From: Nostoc sp. PCC 7120 = FACHB-418
Lineage (GTDB): Bacteria > Cyanobacteriota > Cyanobacteriia > Cyanobacteriales > Nostocaceae
Assembly: GCF_000009705.1 (NCBI RefSeq)
Contig: NC_003272.1
Coordinates: 6,360,001-6,392,000 of the forward strand
Reading direction: 5' to 3'
DNA: 32,000 nt
This document shows, one piece after another, positions 9,125-18,528 of the stretch. Below the pieces are notes generated by a model. The model worked only from the letters and a program-made list of their open reading frames with translations, was not told the DNA's origin and searched no databases. A program made the translations under genes and the position numbers. Position 1 is the stretch's first letter; the number at the start of each line of letters is the position of its first letter.

Positions 9125-9151
9125 GCTGGCTGCTGTAATCAGGCAGTCAGC
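9125..9151 (+). terminator. Candidate stem-loop downstream of the DUF326 gene
   Basis: GCTGGCTGC (9125-9133) pairs with GCAGTCAGC (9143-9151): 9 bp with one G-U and a 9-nt loop. No clear U-tract follows, so it is weak as an intrinsic terminator. Confidence 0.3.
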
Positions 9152-9243
9152 AAGTGCAAAATCTCTATGTTTAAAAAAAATATAATTATACAAAACATTT
9201 AGCAGGGAAGAGAGCAGAAATAAACCCAAATTTTATATGAGTT

Positions 9244-10220
9244 TTAACGCGATTTTTTAATTCTAATTATTTGCTGTAATGGACGGAAAACAAAAGCAAA
9301 CAGTACCATTACCGGAATAATTTCTACTCTCCCCATCCACATAAACAAAATTAAGATTAATTTGCCTATCCAATGCAAATTCGGATTGGTAATTCCTACA
9401 GATAAGCCTGAAGTTCCCATTGCAGAAGCAGACTCTAAAATGACATCGGGAACTGTATATTGCGCTTCAACAACTTGGAGCAAAAGCAAAACTCCAACTC
9501 CCAAAAATCCTAACCAGAGTGTTGCTAAAACCGTAGCTGTTCTAATTTGACGGTGAGCTTCAATTTCTGTAACTTCCTGTCCATCAAGTTTGTACTTAAT
9601 TTGTTCGTCTGGTTTGAGAAATATCTGCTGTAAGTGCCAAACGACAGCTTTATATAAAGTCACAATACGACTAAGTTTTAGTCCACCACAGGTAGAACCA
9701 GCACCAAAAATCATTCCCAAACTCATCAACAATCTGGTGATAGGACTCCAATCTTGGATCTTAACCGTATTAAAACCACAGGTTGTTAAGGCTGAAACTC
9801 ATTGAAATAAACTGTCGAGCCATTTCAGTGAGCCTGTAACCGAGTAATATTCCAGTAGCAATAATATTCCAATACCAATAGTAGCCATAGCATCCGATGT
9901 TGAGGATCTCGCCAAAGGATAGATAGTCGATGCTGACTCAACAGCTTTGCGTGTACCGAAAAGCTAGTTGCTCCAGTAATCATGATGGCGATCGCCGCTA
10001 ACTGTACAATTGGTGCATATACAGTCAAGCCCTCGCTAGTAATTGCAAAACCACCTGTAGAAATAGTAGTCATAGCGTAGTTGAGAGCTTCCCACCAAGG
10101 CATACCCAATAAACCTAACAGCAACACACTCAGAACCGTGTATAGCAGGTAAATTTTTCAAATTTTACGCACGGTTCCGGTAATGCTGGGAGCGATTTTC
10201 TTCTGCTGACTCTCAAATGT
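9244..10220 (-). pseudogene. Decayed TrkH/KtrB-family K+ transporter gene (5'-truncated, two in-frame TGA codons, at least one frameshift)
   Basis: The minus-strand reading gives ...FESQQKKIAPSITGTVRKI*KIYLLYTVLSVLLLGLLGMPWWEALNYAMTTISTGGFAITSEG..., with a TGA at 10158-10160. It then changes frame around 9825-9900 and reads ...LDSLFQ*VSALTTCGFNTVKIQDWSPITRLLMSLGMIFGAGSTCGGLKLSRI..., with a TGA at 9799-9801. The repeated (S/T)TxGF pore-loop motifs are the TrkH/KtrB hallmark. Only about 325 codons remain, and the open frame ends at 10220, about 45 nt from the tRNA. Confidence 0.7.
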
Positions 10221-10265
10221 TCAGTTTTGTTATATCTTAGGACTTCTAAAAAGTTAGAAGCCTTA

Positions 10266-10337
<72 letters not shown>

Positions 10338-10768
10338 GCACTCTACAGTCAACTATCATAGCATAGGTTTGCTTTGTTTTGCATCCCCAAGTTGCAAAAA
10401 TTTTGCTATTGCTAGTGGAGTTTTCAAAGCATAGTGAGTGTTAAGTTAAAAAAATATAAGTTATAAACTAGTCTTATAAAAGAGAAGCATTTACACTTTT
10501 ATTTATGAGTTATGAGTGTCGTAAAATACAAAAAAAATATAATTTACTCCTTAAGATAGATGAAAATCTGAAATAATCCATAAAAGTATAAAAAAGAACT
10601 AGAGCTTACTTATATTTATTGACTTAGATATAGTAGCAAGCCGTAAATGATTTACCTGAGATGAGATAGCCTATTGCTTCATTGATAAGTTAAAAAATGA
10701 ATTTACTACTCATTTCATGTTACTAGGGAAAATCTTGTATCAATACGTATAAGTGGCTAAACGTAAAA

Positions 10769-11569
10769 ATGAACGAAAAGTTACCCATCTCAATTGCTCA
10801 AATAACAGACATACATCTGTTGGCTTCAGAAAGCCAAAGGCTACAAGGAATATCTACAACAGAGTCTTTTTTAGCTGTGATGAAGCGGCTAGAGGAACTA
10901 CGACCAGAGCTAGACTTGCTGCTGATGACAGGAGATTTATCTGATGACGGGACACCAGAATCTTATGAAAACCTACAACACTATTTAAATTCACTGCAAA
11001 TAGCTACTTATTGGCTCCCAGGAAATCATGACTGTGCGATCGCAATGGATAAAATATTAAATCTAGGCATGGTTTCCCGACGTAAGTCTTTTCAACGGGG
11101 AAATTGGAATTTTATATTGCTTAACTCTAGTGTTACTGATTGTGTGTATGGTTATCTCTCAGCTACTACCCTAGATTGGCTGGATTCTGAGTTAAAAATG
11201 CTACCTAATAATCCCACGTTAATAGCATTACATCATCCTCCTTTATCAGTGAATTCCGCATGGATAGATCGTAGCTGTCTCCAGAATTCTCAGGAGTTGT
11301 TTGCTGTGATTGATCGTTACCCACAGGTCAAGCTAGTCTTATTTGGTCATATTCACCAGGAATTTCGGCGTCAGCGCCACAATGTTCACTACTTGGGATC
11401 TCCCTCAACTTGCTATCAGTTCCAGTCCCAAAGCACTACTTTTGCAATTAACCAAGAACTACCAGGTTTTCGTTTGTTGAAACTATACGCCGATGGCACA
11501 TGGACAACTAAAATTGAGCGAGTGCCTTATTCCCTCCCCATAGAGCCGACGGTAACAGTATCTTACTAA
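10769..11569 (+). CDS. Calcineurin-like metallophosphoesterase (CpdA-type 3',5'-cyclic-nucleotide phosphodiesterase family)
   Basis: 266 aa. All the metallophosphoesterase motifs are present: DIH, GDLSDDG, GNHD, LHHPP and GHIH. Confidence 0.85.
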   Translation: MNEKLPISIAQITDIHLLASESQRLQGISTTESFLAVMKRLEELRPELDLLLMTGDLSDDGTPESYENLQHYLNSLQIATYWLPGNHDCAIAMDKILNLGMVSRRKSFQRGNWNFILLNSSVTDCVYGYLSATTLDWLDSELKMLPNNPTLIALHHPPLSVNSAWIDRSCLQNSQELFAVIDRYPQVKLVLFGHIHQEFRRQRHNVHYLGSPSTCYQFQSQSTTFAINQELPGFRLLKLYADGTWTTKIERVPYSLPIEPTVTVSY

Positions 11570-11688
11570 GTACCTGGCAGAAATTTTATAACTTTTTTAA
11601 AAGATAGAGTAAGCGTAGAAGGACGCAGAATATTACCAAGTTATACTAAAAACCTAGAAACCTGCTCAACATCCCACTACAGCTAATA

Positions 11689-12288
11689 TCACTCGGCACT
11701 TATTTTGACCTCATCGGCAAAATTATGCAAACGTACAAAATAGAACGGGCCAGCAACAGAACCCCAGATGTGTGCATCTGTTTCTAAATCTCGCCCTCTA
11801 TCAAGACTGATGAATTTCTCTTCGTTAATTTCAAATTCGCTATCTAAGTAGGTCTTTTGACCTTTGCGAACAACAATACAACCTTTTCCTGGTTCTACCG
11901 TACCTTTAAAGCTGTTACCAGTCCACTCAACAATCATGTTACAGCCTGGTAATTTTTCCAAAGATTCGCTAGTTAAAGTTTGCAGACGATTAAGGTCGCG
12001 GGATGCACCGTAAAAATTTTCTTCTTGCTTAACTGTATAATTTTCAATATGGATGCGATCGCCTACAATCATTAGCTTGAGTACCCGCAAACGATAGGGA
12101 TCATTGAGCATATAATCATAAGCTTGTTCAACGAAAAAACCTACTCCAGACAATACTTCCCACGGTAGGGGGCGCATACACACACGAATATGGGCGTAGA
12201 AAGGTGGGTTTTCAAAAGCTTGTGCTTGATTGCTAAAGTCGGCTGCCATCCAGCGTGCTAAGGTGGCTATGTCTGTAGAGTGAGTCAT
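11689..12288 (-). CDS. cpcT: Phycobiliprotein chromophore lyase, CpcT/CpeT family
   Basis: 199 aa. The N-terminus LARWMAADFSNQAQAFENPPFYAHIRVCMRPLP, with full-length similarity to T-type bilin lyases, is recognised from memory of the family. Confidence 0.85.
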   Translation of the reverse strand: MTHSTDIATLARWMAADFSNQAQAFENPPFYAHIRVCMRPLPWEVLSGVGFFVEQAYDYMLNDPYRLRVLKLMIVGDRIHIENYTVKQEENFYGASRDLNRLQTLTSESLEKLPGCNMIVEWTGNSFKGTVEPGKGCIVVRKGQKTYLDSEFEINEEKFISLDRGRDLETDAHIWGSVAGPFYFVRLHNFADEVKISAE

Positions 12289-12334
12289 TACATCAGATTG
12301 CTTAAAAATATCTGAGAGTATTTTAAAGCTTAAT

Positions 12335-12369
12335 GGGGATTGGAGGCTGGGAATTAGGAATTGGGGATA
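12335..12369. repeat. Degenerate STRR1-like heptamer run (GGGGATT GGAGGCT GGGAATT AGGAATT GGGGATA)
   Basis: Read directly in the cpcT/TPR divergent spacer. Confidence 0.4.
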
Positions 12370-12478
12370 TTTATTTCAGGTTGATGCGTCTAATGAATTT
12401 GCAGTTAAAGTTATTAGGCAGCAACTCATACCCATTATCCGTTACTCACCTTCATACCCACAAAATTGTAAAATCCTT

Positions 12479-13705
12479 ATGCTAAGGCGCTTAAGTCTCC
12501 TCATTACGACTGTTATTATTTGGCAACTTACCAATTCTGTAACTCTAGCCAGGAGTAACGATCCTCAACAAGCAGACAGGTTTCCTCCTAGCCCATTGGA
12601 AATTACTACACCTGATCCGCTTGTACCAACTTTGCGCGATAAACAGCAGTTAACTGTTGCAGAAAAACAAAAGTTGGAGGCGGCGTTAGATGAGTTAAAC
12701 CAACAAGCAACAGCGAAGTTGCAAGCTGGGGATAATTTAGGGGCGTTTGAAATTTGGAACCGTGAACTACGTTTGCGTCGTTATTTAGGGGCTGTCGCTG
12801 AAGTCAAGGCGCTGTCGCGGGTTGGTGAGATTGCGTGGAATCAAAACGATCGCCAAGAGCTACAATACATCACTCAACGATTACAAGCAATTCAAAAACA
12901 GGCACAACCGCGAAACGAAAATGTACAGCACAGTGTTGACTTACCACTACTACAAGCTTTGGGCGAAGCCTATCAGAAAACGCGATCGCTAAAAAACGCC
13001 ATTACAGTTTACAACGAAGTTTTAGCCACAGTTCGAGAAAAACAAGATTTAGTTGCCCAGGTAAATACTCTCACAACGATAGGAGAACTAAACCTCAATT
13101 GGTTTGATTATCCCCAAGCCGCTACCGCCTATGAGGAATTGCTCAGATTAGCTACCTCTGGAGGGGAAAATCAAAATCAGGAGTTCACATACTTGCAAAA
13201 GCTAGCTTATATTTATCAACAGTCTAAGCAAGCACAAAAATCTATTGATGTTTTAAACAAGATAAAAGCTATTTATGCCCAGAATAATAATTTTACTCAG
13301 TTGCCAACCTTACAGCTAGCGATCGCCGCTAATTATGAAACTTTAGCGCGAGAAAATCCTGCTTTACTAGAAGCAGCTTTTAAAAACTACCAAGAAGCTT
13401 ATATAACTGCATGGCAATTGCAACAGTATCCTAGTGCGGCGGAAGCTGTACAGAAATTAATTTCTCTGTACCGTTCTCAAGGACAACTAGATGAAGCTTT
13501 GCAAGCCAGCGAAATTCTTGTAGAAATACAAACACGAGCCGTCAACTTTTACGGTCTAATGGAAGCTTACGACCAAATAGGGAAATTATATTTAGAGCGT
13601 AAAGACTCCTCAGCCGCACTCGCAGCATTTCAAAAAGGTTTAGAACTGGCGCAACAATTAAAACATCAAGAAGCTTATTTTACACAGCAAATTAACAGTA
13701 TTTAA
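12479..13705 (+). CDS. Secreted/periplasmic TPR-repeat protein
   Basis: 408 aa with an N-terminal hydrophobic leader. It is all-helical, with repeated A/Y/L-rich ~34-aa units (for example ALGEAYQKTRSLKNAITVYNEVL and YDQIGKLYLERKDSSAALAAFQKGLELA). Confidence 0.7.
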   Translation: MLRRLSLLITTVIIWQLTNSVTLARSNDPQQADRFPPSPLEITTPDPLVPTLRDKQQLTVAEKQKLEAALDELNQQATAKLQAGDNLGAFEIWNRELRLRRYLGAVAEVKALSRVGEIAWNQNDRQELQYITQRLQAIQKQAQPRNENVQHSVDLPLLQALGEAYQKTRSLKNAITVYNEVLATVREKQDLVAQVNTLTTIGELNLNWFDYPQAATAYEELLRLATSGGENQNQEFTYLQKLAYIYQQSKQAQKSIDVLNKIKAIYAQNNNFTQLPTLQLAIAANYETLARENPALLEAAFKNYQEAYITAWQLQQYPSAAEAVQKLISLYRSQGQLDEALQASEILVEIQTRAVNFYGLMEAYDQIGKLYLERKDSSAALAAFQKGLELAQQLKHQEAYFTQQINSI

Positions 13706-13730
13706 GTTGCACAATCCATCATGAGTGCTG

Positions 13731-13772
13731 TTGACTGTTGACCGTTAACAGTTAACAGTTAACAGTTAACAG
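13731..13772. repeat. STRR-type tandem heptamer array, 6 units (TTGACTG TTGACCG TTAACAG x4)
   Basis: Read directly. It lies between the convergent ends of the TPR gene and the hglT-like gene. Confidence 0.9.
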
Positions 13773-13813
13773 CCCTTATTACTCTTATTAGTAGTTAGGT
13801 ACGCGTTAGCTTA

Positions 13814-15079
13814 TTACACGGAAGTTACTTCTTGCTTGTCGGAAGATTGTACTAATTCATACAGTTTGCTTTCAAACTTTTCCATACAGGCTGACCAATC
13901 GTAACCTATTATGGAAGGACGGGCTTGTTCACTCAAGGCAGATTTGAGTTCAGGATTTTCCAAAATGGTAATTATTTTTTGAGCAAAATCTTTGGGATTA
14001 TTCGCTTCTGCTAAAAGACCATTCATACCAGGGAAAACTTGTTCTGAAGTTGATGGTGCGATCGCCGCAACTACTGGAGTACCAGAGGCTAAGGCTTCGT
14101 TGGTTGTGGTGCAGAAGTTTTCTGTTACAGAAGGATTGACAAAAACATCGGCGCGGGCGAACCAACCTAAAAGTTCTGTACCGTGAGACTCACCCCAGAA
14201 GGTAATACCAGAAGGAAATTTTTGGACGCGTCTGCGGATTTCTTCATCTAGAGGCCCACTACCAATAATTACCAAATGCACATCAGGAATTTTGGCAGCA
14301 ATCAGGGGATACATATCTATGAGTTGCGTGACATTTTTCTCGGCGGTGATGCGTCCTACAAATAATAGAGTCGGTCTACCATCGTTGGGAATTGGGTTGT
14401 GAATGATGTTGCGGGGATGAAATTTTTCGCAATCAATTCCTTGATAAGGCACGTATTCGCTACGCTGACATTTTAAGTTGTGGTATTTCTTGAGTTGTTC
14501 TCGTGAAGGAAACACATTCAAGTCATAATTGTCACTAAACTGTTTTACTAAAAGTGGAATCAGAGGGCGCACCAAGCTAAAGAAGATATCACCAAAGTAA
14601 TATTTGATATAGGCAACAATATCTGTGTGGAAGACAGAAATAATGGGGGTATGGGTGCGTTTAGCATATTTCACACCTACAGGACGACCATAACCCTGCA
14701 ACAAACCTGAGTATAAACCCCGCATTTGTGCTGCTTCTTCCACTACGATAATATCTGGTTGGAAGTCTGAAAGTAACTTACTATCACTCCAATGGCGATA
14801 GCTTAAAGGTTGGGGAAGAGACTTATAAAATATCAGTGGCTGTGTGGGAAATGCGAAGGAAGAAAAATTAGGGAAAGGTTTTAGTTCTTCTAGTCCTGCC
14901 ATTGGGCGGCTTCCCACATTTTTGGGGAACTTGTCGTTAATTTGCGGGTGAACAAGTAATACTTCATGACCTTGTTTTAACAACCAATGAACCCTCTGGT
15001 GTACCGCAACTGAGACTCCAGTTAAGAAAGGTGCATACAATCCGCTAAACAGCGCAATGCGAAGCTTTGATTTTTGCAT
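13814..15079 (-). CDS. hglT: GT4 (GT-B, group 1) glycosyltransferase; candidate heterocyst-glycolipid glycosyltransferase HglT
   Basis: 421 aa with the EX7E motif (ENFCTTTNE) and a GT-B C-terminal fold signature (FVGRITAEKN...GSGP). It is the last gene of the hgd/GT string next to cpcT and a TPR gene, which matches my memory of all5341 in Anabaena PCC 7120. The symbol rests on synteny and memory only. Confidence 0.75.
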   Translation of the reverse strand: MQKSKLRIALFSGLYAPFLTGVSVAVHQRVHWLLKQGHEVLLVHPQINDKFPKNVGSRPMAGLEELKPFPNFSSFAFPTQPLIFYKSLPQPLSYRHWSDSKLLSDFQPDIIVVEEAAQMRGLYSGLLQGYGRPVGVKYAKRTHTPIISVFHTDIVAYIKYYFGDIFFSLVRPLIPLLVKQFSDNYDLNVFPSREQLKKYHNLKCQRSEYVPYQGIDCEKFHPRNIIHNPIPNDGRPTLLFVGRITAEKNVTQLIDMYPLIAAKIPDVHLVIIGSGPLDEEIRRRVQKFPSGITFWGESHGTELLGWFARADVFVNPSVTENFCTTTNEALASGTPVVAAIAPSTSEQVFPGMNGLLAEANNPKDFAQKIITILENPELKSALSEQARPSIIGYDWSACMEKFESKLYELVQSSDKQEVTSV

Positions 15080-15132
15080 AATTTTAGTAAATTTCTGTAT
15101 TTCTTAGGGAAATTTGGTATTTGAAAACACCC

Positions 15133-15160
15133 TATTAGTTATTAGTCAACAATCAACAGT
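15133..15160. repeat. STRR-type heptamers (TATTAGT x2, CAACAAT, CAACAGT)
   Basis: Read directly in the spacer between the GT2 gene and the hglT-like gene. CAACAGT is the classical STRR3 unit. Confidence 0.8.
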
Positions 15161-15222
15161 TATCTTCCCCTTACACCCATACCTGAATTTTCCTCACCAA
15201 CAAATTTGGCGGGAGTTATGGG

Positions 15223-16452
15223 TTAATTCAATGGTTGATAAGGACGATAATCAGCTAGGCGAATATTCACAGGCCCGTTAACTTCATAGGTGACACCGCA
15301 CCAATTAACTGTTTGCATCCGTAGAGAGGCTATCATCGCCCAGCCATAAACCCAGTGTGTAAGGGGTATTCCCATGACTATTCTCAAGATGAGAGAGGCT
15401 GACAATTGAGTCACAGGTTTACCTTGTGAACGTATGATTGGTTGTACACCCAACTCTAAAAACAGTATGAGCATAGTTAATGCCAATATATAAATGGCAT
15501 ACCAGCTCAAAGCAAAAATGGCTGTATCTCCTTGCCCACTAAAGAATGAGATAAACCACACAAACAAGAGAAGCTGAGGTAGCCCTATTGTCAAAACCGC
15601 TTCACCTACTAACACCCACCACCAAGGATGATAAAGTCGAAAAGAAAGTAGTTGGCGCTGAAACGAGTATTTTAAATTTGGTAAATCACACTCTTGTGGA
15701 TTGACCATAATCAGAGAAGGTACAAACTTCACCTGAAGATTATATTTAGCCATGACGCTAGATAGCATCGTATCCTCGCTCAGGGTGTGTTCCCACCTCT
15801 CTAACAACCCTGTTCGGTGCAGCACTTCTGTTTTTATCGCTAAACTTCCACCCCAAGGAATGCCGTATAGGCACATCTGGACGATCGCCGAAATATTGCC
15901 AATGTACCGAACCACAGTCCCCCAATAGGTGCCTGTAGGTACATACCAATGATTACCTGTAGTTACTCCTACCGTCGGATTTGTCAGAGGACTAACTAAT
16001 TCTCGTAACCAATTGGCATGAACGATAGTATCAGCATCTACTAAAGCCACTACCTGATAAGAATCATCTAATTCTGAAACAGCTTGCACTAAGGAACTGC
16101 ATTTGAGGCTACAAGTTTGGCTGATAGTCCGCAAATAATTAATTTGAAAATTATTTGCACCGATTTCTTTGATAGTCTCCTGGACAACTTGCCAAGCTGG
16201 GTCTTGTTCACTATCGACGATCAGCTTTACATCATAGCGTGGATAGTTTTGCTTGAGCAGCGATCGCAAACAATCAGCTAAAAACCGATCTGCCCCCCGC
16301 AAATATAACAATACTGCCGTTTTTGGTAACTTCTCATCAGGTAAGCTATGGGAGCGTACATTCAAAGACCACAAAAATCTGAGTACCAAGCCCACCTGAA
16401 CAACTAACCAAATCACCAATAACTTTGATATTGAGATCGCCAATTCATCCAT
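15223..16452 (-). CDS. Membrane-anchored GT2 glycosyltransferase (ceramide-glucosyltransferase-like), paralog A
   Basis: 409 aa. It has an N-terminal TM helix, a GT-A core with VDADTIV (DxD), and 4-5 C-terminal TM helices. It aligns along its full length with the neighbouring ORF. Confidence 0.8.
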   Translation of the reverse strand: MDELAISISKLLVIWLVVQVGLVLRFLWSLNVRSHSLPDEKLPKTAVLLYLRGADRFLADCLRSLLKQNYPRYDVKLIVDSEQDPAWQVVQETIKEIGANNFQINYLRTISQTCSLKCSSLVQAVSELDDSYQVVALVDADTIVHANWLRELVSPLTNPTVGVTTGNHWYVPTGTYWGTVVRYIGNISAIVQMCLYGIPWGGSLAIKTEVLHRTGLLERWEHTLSEDTMLSSVMAKYNLQVKFVPSLIMVNPQECDLPNLKYSFQRQLLSFRLYHPWWWVLVGEAVLTIGLPQLLLFVWFISFFSGQGDTAIFALSWYAIYILALTMLILFLELGVQPIIRSQGKPVTQLSASLILRIVMGIPLTHWVYGWAMIASLRMQTVNWCGVTYEVNGPVNIRLADYRPYQPLN

Positions 16453-16480
16453 TTATTGATTACCTCTACACAATTTAGTA

Positions 16481-16578
16481 GGGTGTAAGGGTATAGGGGT
16501 GTGAGGGTGTAAGGGTGTAAGGGTGTAAGGGTGTGAGGTTTTTGAATATCTAAACCCCTATACCCCTATACCCCTATT
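16481..16578. repeat. Octamer tandem array (7 x GGGTGTAA-like) followed by 3 x CCCCTATA, partly self-complementary
   Basis: The units are GGGTGTAA GGGTATAG GGGTGTGA GGGTGTAA x3 GGGTGTGA (16481-16536), an 18-nt spacer, then CCCCTATA CCCCTATA CCCCTATT (16555-16578). CCCCTATA is the complement of the TATAGGGG contained in the left array. Confidence 0.9.
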
Positions 16579-16586
16579 GCTATTCT

Positions 16587-17846
16587 TCACAAAGATATTT
16601 TGCTATCAATGGGTTGATCCAAAAAATCATAGGCATGATACTCAACTAGGCGGATATCGTCATGGCTATGAATCCGATAAATAATGCCCCGCCATTTAAC
16701 AGTTGATATCCACACAGAAGATAGCATTGCTAACCCATACACCCATTGTGTTAGGGGAATTGCCAGTAACATTTTGCCCATCCTCGCAACTGATAACTGT
16801 GTCCCTGGCTGACCTTGAGCGCAAATTACTGGTTGTAGTCCTATCTCCATCACCAGCATGAGTAAGAGCAATCCCAGAGTATAAATGCTGTAGGAATTTA
16901 ACAATAAACCTGCTACATCCCATTGAGCATCACCCAAAGACAACAGAAACACAATAATGCTTAAAGTGGGGAACAAAATGCTAGAAACAGCTTCACTAAC
17001 TATAGCTAGCCACTGGGGATGATAGAGGCGAGAATAAAGCAGAAAGCGCTGGAGATATTCGATAATTCCTAATAAATCGCACTCTTCACGATTGACCATA
17101 ATCAAAGAAGGCACAAATTTAACCCGTAAACCGTGCTTTTTCAGCACATTGGGCATCATTAAATCCTCGCCAAAGGATTGCGCCCACTTTTCCAGCAGTC
17201 CTGTTTGACGCAACACCTCTGTTTTCACCGCTAGAGTCCCACCCCAGGGAATACCAAATAGGTACATCTGCACAACGGTAGCTATATTCCCGGTGTAACG
17301 TACCAAAGAACCCCAATAGCGGTTAGTAGGAACATACCAGCGATTACCAGTCGTCGCCCCAATTTTGGGGTCACCCAGAGGGCTAACTAATTCCCGCAAC
17401 CAATGAGGATGAACGATTGTATCTGCATCTGCTAAAGCAACTACCTCATAAGAATCATCCAAATCGGAAATAGCTTGAATTAGAGAACTGCACTTAAGAC
17501 TACAGTTGTGGCGGATAACTCGCAAATGGTTGATTTGAGCGTTAGTTGCGGCTAATTTATCGATGCTATCACTAGCAATCTTCCAAGCAGGGTCATCCTG
17601 ACTATCAACAACTACCTTTAAATCATAATTTGGATAATTTTGCTGTAACAGTGCTTCTAAGCAGTTGGGTAAAAAAGGGTCGGCTCCCCGTAAACAAATA
17701 ATTACCGCCGCTTTTGGTAACTGCTCATCAGGTATGTTTTTAGACCGCCATGTCCGCACATACAGCAAAAATATGAATGAAAGACACATCTGAATAACTA
17801 ACCACCCCAGCAAAGACTTAGACAAGAAAATTGCCAACTCTTTCAT
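16587..17846 (-). CDS. Membrane-anchored GT2 glycosyltransferase, paralog B
   Basis: I chose the start at the ATG at 17846 (MKELAIFLSK...) because it aligns with the MDELAISISK start of paralog A. The track's 28-aa extension to 17930 has no counterpart. It has the same DxD (ADADTIV) and TM architecture. Confidence 0.8.
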   Translation of the reverse strand: MKELAIFLSKSLLGWLVIQMCLSFIFLLYVRTWRSKNIPDEQLPKAAVIICLRGADPFLPNCLEALLQQNYPNYDLKVVVDSQDDPAWKIASDSIDKLAATNAQINHLRVIRHNCSLKCSSLIQAISDLDDSYEVVALADADTIVHPHWLRELVSPLGDPKIGATTGNRWYVPTNRYWGSLVRYTGNIATVVQMYLFGIPWGGTLAVKTEVLRQTGLLEKWAQSFGEDLMMPNVLKKHGLRVKFVPSLIMVNREECDLLGIIEYLQRFLLYSRLYHPQWLAIVSEAVSSILFPTLSIIVFLLSLGDAQWDVAGLLLNSYSIYTLGLLLLMLVMEIGLQPVICAQGQPGTQLSVARMGKMLLAIPLTQWVYGLAMLSSVWISTVKWRGIIYRIHSHDDIRLVEYHAYDFLDQPIDSKISL

Positions 17847-17924
17847 CACATCTTTGTCTCCGGCAAATTTTGTCTTGCTTGTGTAATGGTCAAGATATGG
17901 GGGAGTGAGGAGTAAACATCTATT

Positions 17925-17938
17925 CCCCAATCCCCAAT
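17925..17938. repeat. STRR1-type heptamers CCCCAAT x2
   Basis: Read directly in the spacer between the DUF2141 gene and GT2 paralog B. Confidence 0.6.
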
Positions 17939-17947
17939 CTCTACTCC

Positions 17948-18415
17948 TTATGGATCAAGTGAATATTTAACGGAAATATTAACGCTGGTGCTTTTTGTGA
18001 CTGTAAAACTTGACTTACTAAATGCTGGTGTCCCTGTTTGGATAGAAACGATGGGATTATTAGAAATTCCAAAGCCTTCTTTGGGAATACCAAAAAAGTC
18101 TGTATCTAATTTGCGATTGCCATTTTCATCATGGACGATCGCCACCGCATATTTACCTGGTTTCAAGCCGTAGAAACTTTTGCTTACGCTCTTACCTGTA
18201 ATTCTTGTACAGCCACTTTGAATTTCGCTAGTATCACTCATGGGAAAGCCTTTCTCGCTGGCGTACACCCGGAAGCATATTGCGCCTTTTTGTTGGCGTA
18301 TCCCATTGACTACGACAGTTAACTTAGTTGTAGTTTCTGCGTTCGCCACTTTTAGGGAGACGAGACTTAATACAGCAGCTAATAAAAAGTAGCGCAAACG
18401 TGAAATATTCAACAT
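17948..18415 (-). CDS. Secreted DUF2141-family protein
   Basis: 155 aa with a signal peptide ending in ANAE. The block VHDENGNRKLDTDFFGIPKEGFGISNN matches the DUF2141 signature as I remember it. Confidence 0.7.
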   Translation of the reverse strand: MLNISRLRYFLLAAVLSLVSLKVANAETTTKLTVVVNGIRQQKGAICFRVYASEKGFPMSDTSEIQSGCTRITGKSVSKSFYGLKPGKYAVAIVHDENGNRKLDTDFFGIPKEGFGISNNPIVSIQTGTPAFSKSSFTVTKSTSVNISVKYSLDP

Positions 18416-18528
18416 ACTTGCTATTCCTCAGATTATTTGAGATGGTTAATTCTAGAAAAATGCAGTCAGAGAAATGAGCAGCTAATTATTTTGCTCACCA
18501 CTACCAGTTTTCTAATCTATCCAGAAAC

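Noticed and set aside
9799-10160. In-frame TGA codons in the TrkH-like gene as possible selenocysteine or Trp recoding
   Set aside because: The same gene also has a frameshift and lacks its 5' third. No SECIS-like context was evident, so simple decay explains all the lesions.
10753-10944. 63-aa ORF overlapping the start of the metallophosphoesterase gene
   Set aside because: It is in an alternative frame of a well-supported CDS, and its basic low-complexity sequence is uninformative.
17847-17930. 28-codon N-terminal extension of GT2 paralog B given in the ORF track
   Set aside because: It has no counterpart in paralog A and runs into the CCCCAAT repeat. The internal ATG at 17846 aligns exactly with the start of paralog A.
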